This document shows, piece after piece, positions 38,901 through 48,069 of a stretch of DNA of 64,000 nucleotides (within the stretch, counting starts at the first letter, position 1; each line of letters starts with the position of its first letter). The stretch is from Candidatus Babelota bacterium. Lineage in GTDB: Bacteria; Babelota; Babeliae; Babelales; UBA12411. The translations under genes and the position numbers were made by a program. The notes below the pieces were generated by a model that had not been told where the DNA came from, made no database searches, and saw nothing but the letters and a program-made list of their open reading frames with translations. Location: assembly GCA_003511165.1 (NCBI GenBank), contig DOJW01000007.1:148324-212323 (forward strand). Direction: 5' to 3'.

Positions 38901-38957
38901 TTCGAAAACTATGAAACTCTTCAGCCGCTTTTCCCTTGGGAATATTTCGAAAACTAA
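35916..38957 (+). CDS. Large (1013 aa) secreted hypothetical protein with a Walker-A/P-loop motif
   Basis: Signal peptide MLIKIFNFFTLLLFTTPLLAVA. IFCSFVDGVGKSTMLGNV (GVGKST at nt 36825-36842) resembles the xEGxDGxGKST loop of dNMP/dN kinases. Otherwise an orphan. Confidence 0.6.
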   Translation: MLIKIFNFFTLLLFTTPLLAVAELETNIATNPQEQHQFVKSFVSHYDARTASRYTHEYHKHILTKTAQSFLSLEQKLRSENINACGRIVVTGYEEGAFPSYYTNYKKESINDEAFSKNKTGWSQQLHNKFGFLTGFLFKDVNEILKKTENPTYLHINPELVELFDENSSIFQEHAFGESYDLLLEYKNILEKKLKKQDHKNILKILKAFWEDIYSREFKTNSNQLAATQDILFSIEYANYLMSSNLPLFRYYTGPDITYPIEQSIKQKKGATKHSQKFVPIFLSNLQAINNEPTVYIFCSFVDGVGKSTMLGNVKNWMDFGDDIEKYERTDNSSSQFAEVFKFQENIFIADLPAQVSHFTYKPDGLVYTDFESELKDTTFISEIRTFIQQNKDFLFNSYFENAKKIELELIAARFSQEKFLADVEPETKFIQNLFLLKKINANGWIPFTFKNEHFLFNILNQSQVRILRPLCKVSSYGLKNVDVEQMIFTQVNFPASFDIFLNDFTAKLKEQNIKNAVFVDFMSMYPRSSRENIRVNYLLYQLALLNQNFDIEHSFYKNFISEAQLFAHLNSKQEFPLMAENFREESFLRLALFEIIDRRKDQSFEAMLIDPLSKHLTMQLSEFQSNTPLSRYNEETTFTKLEEERENLGKTFNRSKEYLSIWQFNFQLLDIFSKQLTRIFTEMIHNENLNQLWSDFDGEIIPPQQTGNLNDGKTNKTLELTNQQKLLATFEFSSEFRSEEFLTPFIRTLRTYWYSTLANLLFCQNNQIGKLKYPVVPTIVKHEPKTNRFYLVQKLLPLVENEKMKGKTLKTFGLTSNLKFAFFEENTFLQSFTPPTTNCGIFSFDLSYLDQKSNPYFMGKTSIVNQIIKEFQKEYGANKAILTSELYEKLQSNAQWRKEIYNLKMQAQRSGEYNSAQKQNTPNVNPPIFLGAQSQISGAQLFVLAIATLEMILKDPDCFIAARKGNKKDFIATIKLLELVTLPKHFHIIFAQPLFENYETLQPLFPWEYFEN

Positions 38958-39073
38958 CTCAAAAAACGAATTTGTTGCCAAAATAAACTACTTTTTGAAA
39001 AACTAAAAAAGTTACAAAACTAAATATTTACAAAACATAAGTAGAATCGTAGGGGAAAAATAAGGAGAGGATT

Positions 39074-40390
39074 ATGATGAAACAAAATCGCAAACTGCTT
39101 ATAACTATCCTAGCAGTAGGATTAACAACAAATGTAGCAGCAATCGATAATGCTCATTTTTATAAAGCTGCACATTTGCACAGATCATCAACAACAAGTT
39201 TGTTCGATAAAGTAGAAAACTATGAAAATTATGATTGGTTTACCAAATTAGATGTGTCATACGCATATGGAGATACAAGATCAGCTTGGGACAAAAACGG
39301 ACATAGTGGTTCGCTTCTAAACAGAGTCGGCACGCATGATATGCTTTATCTCTTTGAAAACGTTCAAAAACTTGCAGATGCTCAATATTTCGCAAATTTT
39401 TTTCAAAGTGTTGTAAATCATAGCGCAACAAACAGCACGTTTGGTCAATTAGATTTCCATGGCAAATTCAGAATTCATGATGTTAACATAGATCTTCGTC
39501 AGAATTTGGTATCAAAATTCTTTGTAGATTTACATGTTCCTGTTCGCAGTGTAAGTGTACGAAGCATTTCTTATACAGATCTTTCACCAGATAACGGAAT
39601 TTATTCAAAAACAACACATGAGTGGATTCAATTCAAAAATCAATTAAATACTATTTTAAATACATATGGCTACAACTCTTACGGCTCAAAATATGAAAAA
39701 ACATCATTTGGTGATGCAAGTTTACTTCTTGGATGGGAAGGTAATTTCAAAACAGAAGGCGATGACCCAATTAAATTTAACTTAACTGCAAAAGCTGGAG
39801 TTTTATTCCCAACCGGTGTCAAAGAAAAGACAAATTATGTTTTCTCAGTTCCAACTGGATACAATGGCCACTGGGGTATTCCTCTGTTTGCACAATTTGA
39901 TATGATGCCAAAAGATTGGTTCACAATCGACGGCCAAGCTAGCGTAACATTCTTCTTTAACAAAACAATGGACAAGAGAATGAAAACATTCTCCAAACAA
40001 CAAAGTGATATTCGACTCGCTCATGGCAATGCAAAAGAAGAAAAAGGAACATTGTGGCATCTTGGTACCGATATCAAATTTGACCATATTTTAAAAGGTC
40101 TTTCAGCACTTGTCGGATATTCCTACAACAAACAAGAAAAAGATACCTTAAAGGCAACGGATTCTTCTCTTTTCGATTATTCAGCAGTCAATAGCGATAG
40201 CTTAATCAAAGGCTTTTCGATGCATGTAATTCACTTCATGGTCGATTACGACTTTAGTATTCACATGGAAGATTCGAAATGGGCACCACGCTTAAATGTT
40301 TTTTATAACTACCCATTTGATGGTAAGAATGCATTTAAGACAGATATGATCGGAGCCGGACTTGGCATGGATATTCGCTGGAAATTTTAA
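39074..40390 (+). CDS. Outer-membrane beta-barrel protein, paralog 2
   Basis: Signal peptide; C-terminal GMDIRWKF. Blocks shared with 2749-4080 and 56382-57686. Confidence 0.7.
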   Translation: MMKQNRKLLITILAVGLTTNVAAIDNAHFYKAAHLHRSSTTSLFDKVENYENYDWFTKLDVSYAYGDTRSAWDKNGHSGSLLNRVGTHDMLYLFENVQKLADAQYFANFFQSVVNHSATNSTFGQLDFHGKFRIHDVNIDLRQNLVSKFFVDLHVPVRSVSVRSISYTDLSPDNGIYSKTTHEWIQFKNQLNTILNTYGYNSYGSKYEKTSFGDASLLLGWEGNFKTEGDDPIKFNLTAKAGVLFPTGVKEKTNYVFSVPTGYNGHWGIPLFAQFDMMPKDWFTIDGQASVTFFFNKTMDKRMKTFSKQQSDIRLAHGNAKEEKGTLWHLGTDIKFDHILKGLSALVGYSYNKQEKDTLKATDSSLFDYSAVNSDSLIKGFSMHVIHFMVDYDFSIHMEDSKWAPRLNVFYNYPFDGKNAFKTDMIGAGLGMDIRWKF

Positions 40391-40433
40391 ATAAAAATGT
40401 TAATTAGTTAATGAAAAAAATAAGGAGAATAAT

Positions 40434-43136
40434 ATGAAGCAACTTAAGATACTGACATTGCTTGGTGCTACATGTTTATTTACATCGCTTGCACCGCTTA
40501 CACAAATAAGTCAAAGCAGCGGAACTGCTAACTTCGCACAAGATATTGGATCTAAAGCTTTCGACCGCTACACAGGTACATTTTATGTAGCCACAGTGGC
40601 TGCAAATGCAGCAAATTCTATTTCCAAAGCTGCACGAACCGATACAACATTTACAGGTATGGCAACCGGGGGCGCCATAGACGCTATATCATCAATCGGT
40701 CTTGTAAATAATGGTGGTGTTGGAGCAACTCATTTACCATTTAAAAGCAGTTCAAATCTTTTTCAAGCAATACAACTTTCAAGTTCTAGCTACACCGTTA
40801 CTGGTATTGCTACAGCATCTTTAATAACAGATACAGATGGAAATGCAGCAACAAATTGGGATCATATTACAGGATCTACAGAATTCGCATTTGTACGTGT
40901 TCATTCTAGAGTTGGAGGAGGAGCCAACTCTTTAGGTTCTGGAATTTCAGCTATTTGGGTAAGCGGAACAAGCGCACCTGTCGTAATGAGAAATGCTCTT
41001 CAATGGAATGCCGATCAGGCTTTTGCAAATCCACTTCGAATGGGAAGTACTGATTCCATCATGACAACATCTCCAGTTGTAAATGATTTATATTGGAGTA
41101 CAAGTTTATATTCTTTGATTATTACCGGATCTGCTAAGGCCGTAAATGTAGGCGCTGCGGGAACAAATTATTACTGTGCTATATCAACTGCTACAATAAA
41201 TAATGGGGCATTCTCTCTCAAAGAAGTTTTAGCTCCTGGCGTAAATCCTGCAGCAAACGATGTAAATACAATTTTTGTATACAGTAATACAAATAACACA
41301 AAATTTGCTTCTGTTGATATAAACAAAATTAGAGAAATGAGCACATCAACTGGAAAATATTATTTAATCGTTAATGGTGGAATTGAAGGTGGAGGAAATA
41401 GTTCACTAGGAAATTATGTTTTCTGCTTAAGATATAGCCCAACAGAATCCCACGTAATGCAAAATACATCGAATTGTATGTCACTTGCTAATAACTTTAA
41501 TGAAGTAAATTTAGCCGGTGATTCTCAATATTCTTTAACTGTTGGTGGCGGTGTCGCTCCTTGGGCAAACACATACTACGCTTCCGATATGGAAGTGATA
41601 GGCGATACTGTTTATGTATCATTCAATGGCGCAGCTAGAGATGCAAATAATGATCCAGGAGTCTGGGCATCTCAAGCTCTTTTTGATAACAACGGAATTA
41701 TTGCCGGTTGGACAAAATGGGAAAGAGTTTCACCTTCTCCACTTACAAATGCAAGCACCACAGATAGAGTACAATTCTTCTCCGTCGATGCAAGTAATGG
41801 AAAGATTTGGGAAGTTGCATTTAACTCAACATCAACTGGAACTCAAGCTGTTTTCCGATCCACTTGGAACACAACAGCTAACACAGCAAGTTCGCTTCCT
41901 TACATTTTAAACAGCGATACAACTTTCAATACTTACGGAATTTCATGTTGTTTAGATTTGATGCAAGGTACAACAGCTCTTTATAACCCCGCAAACTTCT
42001 GTAACTCACTTGCGCTTTTTGGCGGTTATCAAAAAGTTGCAATTGCTCAAACTAAATCTGGAATGGCAAATGCTATAACAACAGACTTTTCACTTCCTGC
42101 TAACTATAAAGCAACAACATTCACCGATTCTGCAATGGTAAGATGCTTAGAATTCTCAAGAGCTCCATTAAATGGAACAGATACCAAAGGTTATTTTTTC
42201 GCAGGTTGTGACCATGGACTTTATGTTTATGCTACAACAACAAATGCAGGATTCAGCACCGCACCAGCAACAGGCGGAATTTCAGATCTAAACACAATAT
42301 TCGGAACAAGTTTTAGCTGGAGCAGATTATTACAAAATTCAATCACTGGCGCAGTAAGCCAAGTAGAAAGTGATGGAACCAATATTTACGCCGTTGAGCA
42401 AGATATTACATCCGTAGGTAGCATAACTGATAAATTATGGAGAATTCCTCTTGCAAATACAACCACAGCAATGGCCGGTACTACAATCGCCCAATCTGGC
42501 TCGGGCAACATACCTGCAAATGCAGTAATTTCTGGATTCAAAATTGTAAAACTTGATAGCGATGTTACTGGTTATCGCGGAATATTATCAACAAATGCAG
42601 GAACTTACATATCAACTAAATTATTAGGCGATGCAACAACCGCTGACTGGACTGCTATAGATTCTACAAAATGTTACCATTCTCTCTACTCAACCAAACG
42701 TACACCTTCCGCATCCATTCCAAATTATGGACAAGCAAGCAAAGTTTTTGGAATTCATTTCACAGATGTAGGTGGACATAATTATTACCAAAATAGTTTG
42801 TTCGATTTAATTACAACATCATCTTCGTTTTATTCAACTGACAATGTACCTGACACAAACACTTATACAAACGCCAGCGGTACAATAACATCTCTTGATA
42901 GATCATTATCTTTTTACACCGATGGTGCACGACGATTTTACACAAGATTTGATCCGTCAGAAACTGTTTACAATGCATTAAGAATTCTTCCTTACAACAC
43001 CGCAGAGTGGAATATGACAACTCCTTATGCTCCAACAGATTTGAGCTCACTTTTAAGACTACACTGGATTGAAAATATTTCCGGAAATGGAACAATATTA
43101 GCAGGAACTGATAGCGGAGTTGTTTCGTTAGAGTAA
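40434..43136 (+). CDS. Large (900 aa) Thr/Ser/Gly/Asn-rich secreted surface protein, paralog of 57722-60610
   Basis: Signal peptide. Collinear similarity to the 57722-60610 product, e.g. GDTVYVSFNGAARDANNDPGVWASQALFDNNGIIAGWTKWERV versus GDSVYVCLTGDSAAVDEPSKQGIFYSSAIFNKDGVIAKWTPWQRV. Confidence 0.7.
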   Translation: MKQLKILTLLGATCLFTSLAPLTQISQSSGTANFAQDIGSKAFDRYTGTFYVATVAANAANSISKAARTDTTFTGMATGGAIDAISSIGLVNNGGVGATHLPFKSSSNLFQAIQLSSSSYTVTGIATASLITDTDGNAATNWDHITGSTEFAFVRVHSRVGGGANSLGSGISAIWVSGTSAPVVMRNALQWNADQAFANPLRMGSTDSIMTTSPVVNDLYWSTSLYSLIITGSAKAVNVGAAGTNYYCAISTATINNGAFSLKEVLAPGVNPAANDVNTIFVYSNTNNTKFASVDINKIREMSTSTGKYYLIVNGGIEGGGNSSLGNYVFCLRYSPTESHVMQNTSNCMSLANNFNEVNLAGDSQYSLTVGGGVAPWANTYYASDMEVIGDTVYVSFNGAARDANNDPGVWASQALFDNNGIIAGWTKWERVSPSPLTNASTTDRVQFFSVDASNGKIWEVAFNSTSTGTQAVFRSTWNTTANTASSLPYILNSDTTFNTYGISCCLDLMQGTTALYNPANFCNSLALFGGYQKVAIAQTKSGMANAITTDFSLPANYKATTFTDSAMVRCLEFSRAPLNGTDTKGYFFAGCDHGLYVYATTTNAGFSTAPATGGISDLNTIFGTSFSWSRLLQNSITGAVSQVESDGTNIYAVEQDITSVGSITDKLWRIPLANTTTAMAGTTIAQSGSGNIPANAVISGFKIVKLDSDVTGYRGILSTNAGTYISTKLLGDATTADWTAIDSTKCYHSLYSTKRTPSASIPNYGQASKVFGIHFTDVGGHNYYQNSLFDLITTSSSFYSTDNVPDTNTYTNASGTITSLDRSLSFYTDGARRFYTRFDPSETVYNALRILPYNTAEWNMTTPYAPTDLSSLLRLHWIENISGNGTILAGTDSGVVSLE

Positions 43137-43157
43137 AGTTGCAAAAAACAATTAATA

Positions 43158-43196
43158 AGAAAGGGGCGGAAAATTCCGCCCCTTTCTTATTTTGTT
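43158..43196 (+). terminator. Rho-independent terminator of CDS 40434-43136
   Basis: 12-bp stem agaaaggggcgg (43158-43169) / ccgcccctttct (43176-43187), followed by tattttgtt. Confidence 0.75.
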
Positions 43197-43282
43197 ACAA
43201 TCCATGTTTTGTCTAATTTTAATTAAATATTTTTTAAATTTTAAAATTTTTGATATTAATTTCTTCTTCCGTTTCTTTCTTT

Positions 43283-43762
43283 TTTTATTTTTATCTTTAG
43301 CTGCTCCCGCAGTGGGGCAAGGAGATTTTGTCGCAAAAACCTCCTTGCATCCTCCGTGCGCCAAAAGAGGACTTTTGGATTTCCTACAACGCTAAACTAT
43401 CTGGATGCAACTACGTTGCACTGCGATAGTAGCGTTGCAATGCGGATACACAAATTTTATTTACTGGGTTTAGAACTTTTGCGAAAATCTATTTTATATT
43501 TCCTTTATTTTTCTAAATTTGAATTGTTGAAAAATTTAGAAAAACGTCTTTATGAGAATATAGGATTCCAAATTAGCGCTACCTGTTTGAACTGCAGTCC
43601 AGTTTTACTGGATGCAGGAGTTTAGCGCGTAGAGAGATTACAAAGAAACCTCTTTGTTTTGGGGATCCAAGGGTGTTCAAATCAACACCCTTGGCCCTAG
43701 CGGAGCTAATTTGATTAAAAAAAAAGTAAAACAAACTTAAAGCAGAATAATTTTAAATAAAC
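43283..43762. repeat. GC-rich composite repeat island B (inverted relative to island A)
   Basis: The left end (43283-43325) is the reverse complement of the A/C right-end module. 43497-43560 is ~90% identical to 51296-51360. 43643-43707 is the reverse complement of 14471-14535. Confidence 0.8.
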
Positions 43763-43864
43763 GGAAGAAGAATAGAATTAAATTAAATTAAGAAAATTAG
43801 GTAAAAAAATAAGGGACCATTTCTGATCCCTTTGTCCTTTTATCAAATATTTTTGAAAAAAGAT

Positions 43865-44794
43865 TTAAGCCTTTCTTCCCGGAATATAAGTTGATCCTTC
43901 AAGGTGCACTGCTTGGCAAGCTGCTGTTGTCCACTCAAATTTTTCATCAAAATTTTTATCCAATGTTGAATCAGAAATTTTTGATACTTTATTAACTTTT
44001 GTATTTTGAGGCTTTAAATTTAAAAGTTTATTTCGTTCCTCTTGTTGTTTTTTTATCAAAGCATTTTGACGCGTTTGACGCGCTTGCTCCTCGGCAAACA
44101 TTTTATCTTTTAAAGTTATTAAATCTTTTTCTAATTGATTTATTTTTTCAGCAAGCTTTTCAATCGCTTGGATGCTTTCTTCACTCGTTGTATTTAGAGC
44201 AAAAATTGAAGCGTCTTTAAGTTTAGTTAAATCTTCTTCAAACTCTTGTCTTAAATTTTTAATCTGAAAAGAAGTTGTCCATGGAAAATATATTTTAAAA
44301 TAACGGACATCAATATCGTTTAATTTAGATGATAAATATTCTAAGAATGAATTTCTAAATTCTTGGATTTTACTTAAAGTTTGAATTTGAAAATCTAAAC
44401 GTTTTATTAATGATTCCATATCTGCAAAATTTATTAAGCTGAAATTTTCTTCATTTTTTATTTTGTCCAAATTTTGTTTTCCAGCTTCTAAGTAATATTC
44501 CAGGTCATTTTTAGATTGTTTCAACTGATTAACAACATTGTAGAAACTATTTTCTTTCATTGTTTTTACAAAAGTTATCAAATTTGGTTCTGTTTCTAAA
44601 TTTGCTTTGATCGTTGGAAGTTCTTTAACTTCTTGAGTTGTTCTTACAATCTTGTTTGCAAAGTTAGCTGGTGCAAAAAATGTATGAATTGCACTGACGG
44701 CTCGAGCAAATAAAGACAAGTTGTTTTGCTCTGACAAAATTGCTTGATTTCCAAGCAAAATTAAGCAAAATGTGAAAATTAACGATTTTTTCAT
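43865..44794 (-). CDS. Hypothetical secreted coiled-coil protein
   Basis: Signal peptide MKKSLIFTFCLILLGNQAILS, followed by long heptad-like Glu/Lys/Gln/Leu-rich stretches. Confidence 0.55.
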   Translation of the reverse strand: MKKSLIFTFCLILLGNQAILSEQNNLSLFARAVSAIHTFFAPANFANKIVRTTQEVKELPTIKANLETEPNLITFVKTMKENSFYNVVNQLKQSKNDLEYYLEAGKQNLDKIKNEENFSLINFADMESLIKRLDFQIQTLSKIQEFRNSFLEYLSSKLNDIDVRYFKIYFPWTTSFQIKNLRQEFEEDLTKLKDASIFALNTTSEESIQAIEKLAEKINQLEKDLITLKDKMFAEEQARQTRQNALIKKQQEERNKLLNLKPQNTKVNKVSKISDSTLDKNFDEKFEWTTAACQAVHLEGSTYIPGRKA

Positions 44795-45020
44795 AAAATA
44801 GACCCTTTTATTTTTAAATTAATTCGATTTATAAGCATTAAAATAACATTAAAGCAATCATATTTTTTGTAAACCGCCTAAAAACTAATAGTTTTTGTCT
44901 GAAATATATTGATTTTAATAACTTTCAAGCGGTTGCAAATAGTAATTCATTCATTAATATAGTTGTTATTACTATTATTTTAATAAAAGAGCTAAAAATA
45001 CAGTTTTTAATGGAGAATTT

Positions 45021-46265
45021 ATGAAAATGTTAAAAAAGTTAATTTTATTACTCAGTTTATTTACTGCAAATCTAAATGTTTTATCGGCTGTAACGTATCA
45101 AGAATTTAAACAGGACAAAGAATCGTTTTTGCAAGAATTGCAAAGAGAATATCCTTTTGTAGGAGATCTTATACCTTTTTGGCGAAATCTTTTAATAGTT
45201 TGTAAGGCAAAACTTAATCCAGAGTTGTTAAACAGGCCTTATGTAAAAGCTATTGTTAACAAAAATGAAAATCTAAACATGTTTAATGTGGATAGACTTG
45301 AAGAATATTTGCAAACAAACAGTTTAGGAGAATTTTGGATAAAATATTTTGATCTAACTAATTCTAATATAAAAGATTTCATAAGCCCTGAGATATGGGA
45401 TAATCAAAATTATTGGCGTTTGATAAATGATAATTTTGACAGGATAAAACTAGCATTAAATGACAGAAGCGTAAAAAATGGGTGTCTATTTGATTTTACT
45501 AATTCAAGCCAAGCTAAAATTATTTCTGATTTAGGTTTAAAAAAAGTTGTTAATTTTTCTGATTCAAGTTCAACAATTGCCGAATTCCTAAAAAATACAT
45601 TGCTAGAGTTTGGTGAAAATCCCGATGATTTTTACTATGTCACTGAAAAAGAGATTTTTAATAATGAATTTCGATTAGAGTTTTTTAAAGGTTTTATTAA
45701 AAGAATTGATGAATCTCCCGAAGGTTTAATTTTGACGACACCTTTTGGTTATCTTAGATTACAAGGAAATTGTCATGTATTTTTAGCAAGTGAATCAATT
45801 TTTTCAGTTCTTCCAGAAACGGAAAAGAAGGCTTTGCTACTTCATGAATTGGGCCATAAAAAAACTAATGATTATTTTTTACCTTTATTTAGCGGGTTTG
45901 CACAAGCAACTTTATCAGATGAAACATTTAAAATGTGCATATTGCCGTTGATGAATATTGCAAAGCAAATTGATGAATTTAAGGCAGACCTTTTTATGGC
46001 TTGTTGTGGGAAAAAATATCGAAGCAAATTCATTGATTTATTATTTTTTGCCCAAGAAAGTTTAGAAAAGAGCGGCGAAAAAGCTGAAGCTGTAGATCCT
46101 GCGCATCCTTCTAATGCTAAACGAATCGATGCGATAAAGATGGTGGGAAGTCAACTTGATGCACAAGGAGCCGGGGAAAATGTGCTTGCAAAGTTGAAAG
46201 AAAATTGGAAAAAACAATATGACGAATTACTACAAAAAGAGCTTATAAAAACTGATTCAAAATAA
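45021..46265 (+). CDS. Secreted M48-like zinc metalloprotease-domain protein (paralog A)
   Basis: Signal peptide; HELGH (nt 45843-45857); downstream IDEFKADLF (E-x2-AD) and DPAHPSNAKRI. This spacing is typical of the peptidase M48 fold. Confidence 0.6.
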   Translation: MKMLKKLILLLSLFTANLNVLSAVTYQEFKQDKESFLQELQREYPFVGDLIPFWRNLLIVCKAKLNPELLNRPYVKAIVNKNENLNMFNVDRLEEYLQTNSLGEFWIKYFDLTNSNIKDFISPEIWDNQNYWRLINDNFDRIKLALNDRSVKNGCLFDFTNSSQAKIISDLGLKKVVNFSDSSSTIAEFLKNTLLEFGENPDDFYYVTEKEIFNNEFRLEFFKGFIKRIDESPEGLILTTPFGYLRLQGNCHVFLASESIFSVLPETEKKALLLHELGHKKTNDYFLPLFSGFAQATLSDETFKMCILPLMNIAKQIDEFKADLFMACCGKKYRSKFIDLLFFAQESLEKSGEKAEAVDPAHPSNAKRIDAIKMVGSQLDAQGAGENVLAKLKENWKKQYDELLQKELIKTDSK

Positions 46266-46290
46266 AAATACAATTTTTAATGGAGAATCT

Positions 46291-48069
46291 ATGAAAATAT
46301 TAAAAAAGTTAATTTTATTACTTGGTTTACTTACTGCCGGATTGAATGATTTATCGGCTAATCCACTAATGGATTTTTTACGATCTTTTCAAGCACATGT
46401 TCAAAGTCCACTCAAAAAAGAACAAAATTTAGTTCAAATGCCCCGAAGAACTTTTTTTGATATGCTGCGCGATATTCCAAAAGCGATTACAGAAACTGAT
46501 GAAGAGCAAGCCAAAAAATATGAAAAAATAGCGGCAATTGTTTTAGAAAAAAAGTATGAAGAGTATAAAAAAGATAAAGAATCATTTTTAAGCGAATTGT
46601 ACAAAGATTATCCATTTTTAAAAGAAGCGTACCCTTATCTGCGTAATCTTTTAATAATTTCTAAAGCAAAGCGTGATCCAAGTTTATTACAGAGACCTTA
46701 TGTTCGATCTATCTACGATGGAAAAAAAGATTTTTACTGGTATATGGATCAAAATAAAGAACTTGCCACCACTGAATCGTTGAGGGATTTTTTTGAAAAA
46801 TATGTAGATTTATCGTATGCATCAGTGAGAGATTTTTCAGATCCTGATTTATTAGAAAGCAAGGATCAGCTATTTTGGGAGCGTATCTATTTTTCTTTTG
46901 ACAAGCTAAAAGGCAAAAATTATCAGCAAGTAGAAGAACTTGCTGAACAAAAAATTGATAATTACGTAGAACAAATTGATAAATTTTTGCAACACACTGA
47001 TTGGAAATCCGTAAATTCAAATTCGTTTTGGTTAAAATATTGGAAAAAATTTAGTTTAAGAAGCTCTACGATTACCGAATTTATACAAAAACAACTACAA
47101 GCATTGGTAGATGCTTTAAAAGAATCCGAACTAGAACGACTAAAAAAAATTGAAGCCATAAATTCGGAACGACAAAAAACATCTGATATTATTAAACAAA
47201 ATCTATTTTGGGGTTGGTTAAAACGTTGCAAAAAACTTAGTTTAAATGATTCTATAGTGGCCGAATTTATAAAAAAAGAAATATTAGAGCTTGGAGGAGA
47301 TCCAAGAAATTATTTTTTTAATGAAGAGAATGCTACTTACGGTAGTCCTGCTGCTTATGGGAAATTTAGAGGGAAGGAAGCTTTTTATTTCGCAGAAAAT
47401 TTTTTATCGTCTTTATCAAAAAAAGAAGCAGCGGCTGTATTTAGACATGAATGGGGACATAAAATTTTGCGTCGCTATGCATTAAATTATTTGTTTTTGG
47501 AAGATATTAGACCACCATTATTTTACGGCCATTTTCAGAATGATGAATCAAGAGCAGATTTATATGCAGCTTTATGTGGGAAAAAATATAACGAAGCATT
47601 AATTTCCTTGGATAGCTGTGAGCCAGAAAATTATTCGGATAAAATACATCCTTTAGCTTCTCAGCGCGTCATATTGGCAAAAAAAGTATGCAAATCCGTT
47701 GTCGAGCAAGAAATAGGAGAAGATGCTCTTGGACGACTTAAAAAAGAACACCTAGATGAGGTAAGTAGAGATATTACTCGAAAAGGAAAAGAATTATTTG
47801 ATACTATTTTTCCAGAATTACGATCGACTCGAGGATTTTCTGATCTAATTCCACAAGATTTATCTGGGAACACAGGTGCATTAGTTGCTAAAAGAGAACA
47901 ATGTGATGAAACGAAACATGATGCAAAAGTTTGTAAAAAATCGAATGGATTGAAGGATTTAACAACGCATGAATCTGCTAAAAAACAAAATGGTTTCAAA
48001 GATTTAGTAAAGTCAAAACCTGAAGATATGCCTGCGCGTAAACCGTTATTTGAACATCATAGTTCTTAA
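46291..48069 (+). CDS. Secreted M48-like zinc metalloprotease-domain protein (paralog B, longer)
   Basis: Signal peptide; HEWGH (nt 47446-47460); ESRADLY and IHPLASQRV. The N-terminal domain is homologous to paralog A (YEEYKKDKESFLSELYKDYPF versus YQEFKQDKESFLQELQREYPF). Confidence 0.6.
   Translation: MKILKKLILLLGLLTAGLNDLSANPLMDFLRSFQAHVQSPLKKEQNLVQMPRRTFFDMLRDIPKAITETDEEQAKKYEKIAAIVLEKKYEEYKKDKESFLSELYKDYPFLKEAYPYLRNLLIISKAKRDPSLLQRPYVRSIYDGKKDFYWYMDQNKELATTESLRDFFEKYVDLSYASVRDFSDPDLLESKDQLFWERIYFSFDKLKGKNYQQVEELAEQKIDNYVEQIDKFLQHTDWKSVNSNSFWLKYWKKFSLRSSTITEFIQKQLQALVDALKESELERLKKIEAINSERQKTSDIIKQNLFWGWLKRCKKLSLNDSIVAEFIKKEILELGGDPRNYFFNEENATYGSPAAYGKFRGKEAFYFAENFLSSLSKKEAAAVFRHEWGHKILRRYALNYLFLEDIRPPLFYGHFQNDESRADLYAALCGKKYNEALISLDSCEPENYSDKIHPLASQRVILAKKVCKSVVEQEIGEDALGRLKKEHLDEVSRDITRKGKELFDTIFPELRSTRGFSDLIPQDLSGNTGALVAKREQCDETKHDAKVCKKSNGLKDLTTHESAKKQNGFKDLVKSKPEDMPARKPLFEHHSS

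Noticed and set aside
43152-43625. ORFs 43152-43364(-), 43192-43395(+) and 43356-43625(+) inside repeat island B; likewise 50727-50978, 50980-51195, 51060-51281 and 51173-51370 in island C
   Set aside because: They overlap each other on both strands and lie entirely in repeated hairpin DNA. They have low-complexity or odd composition and no start context, so I treat them as chance ORFs.
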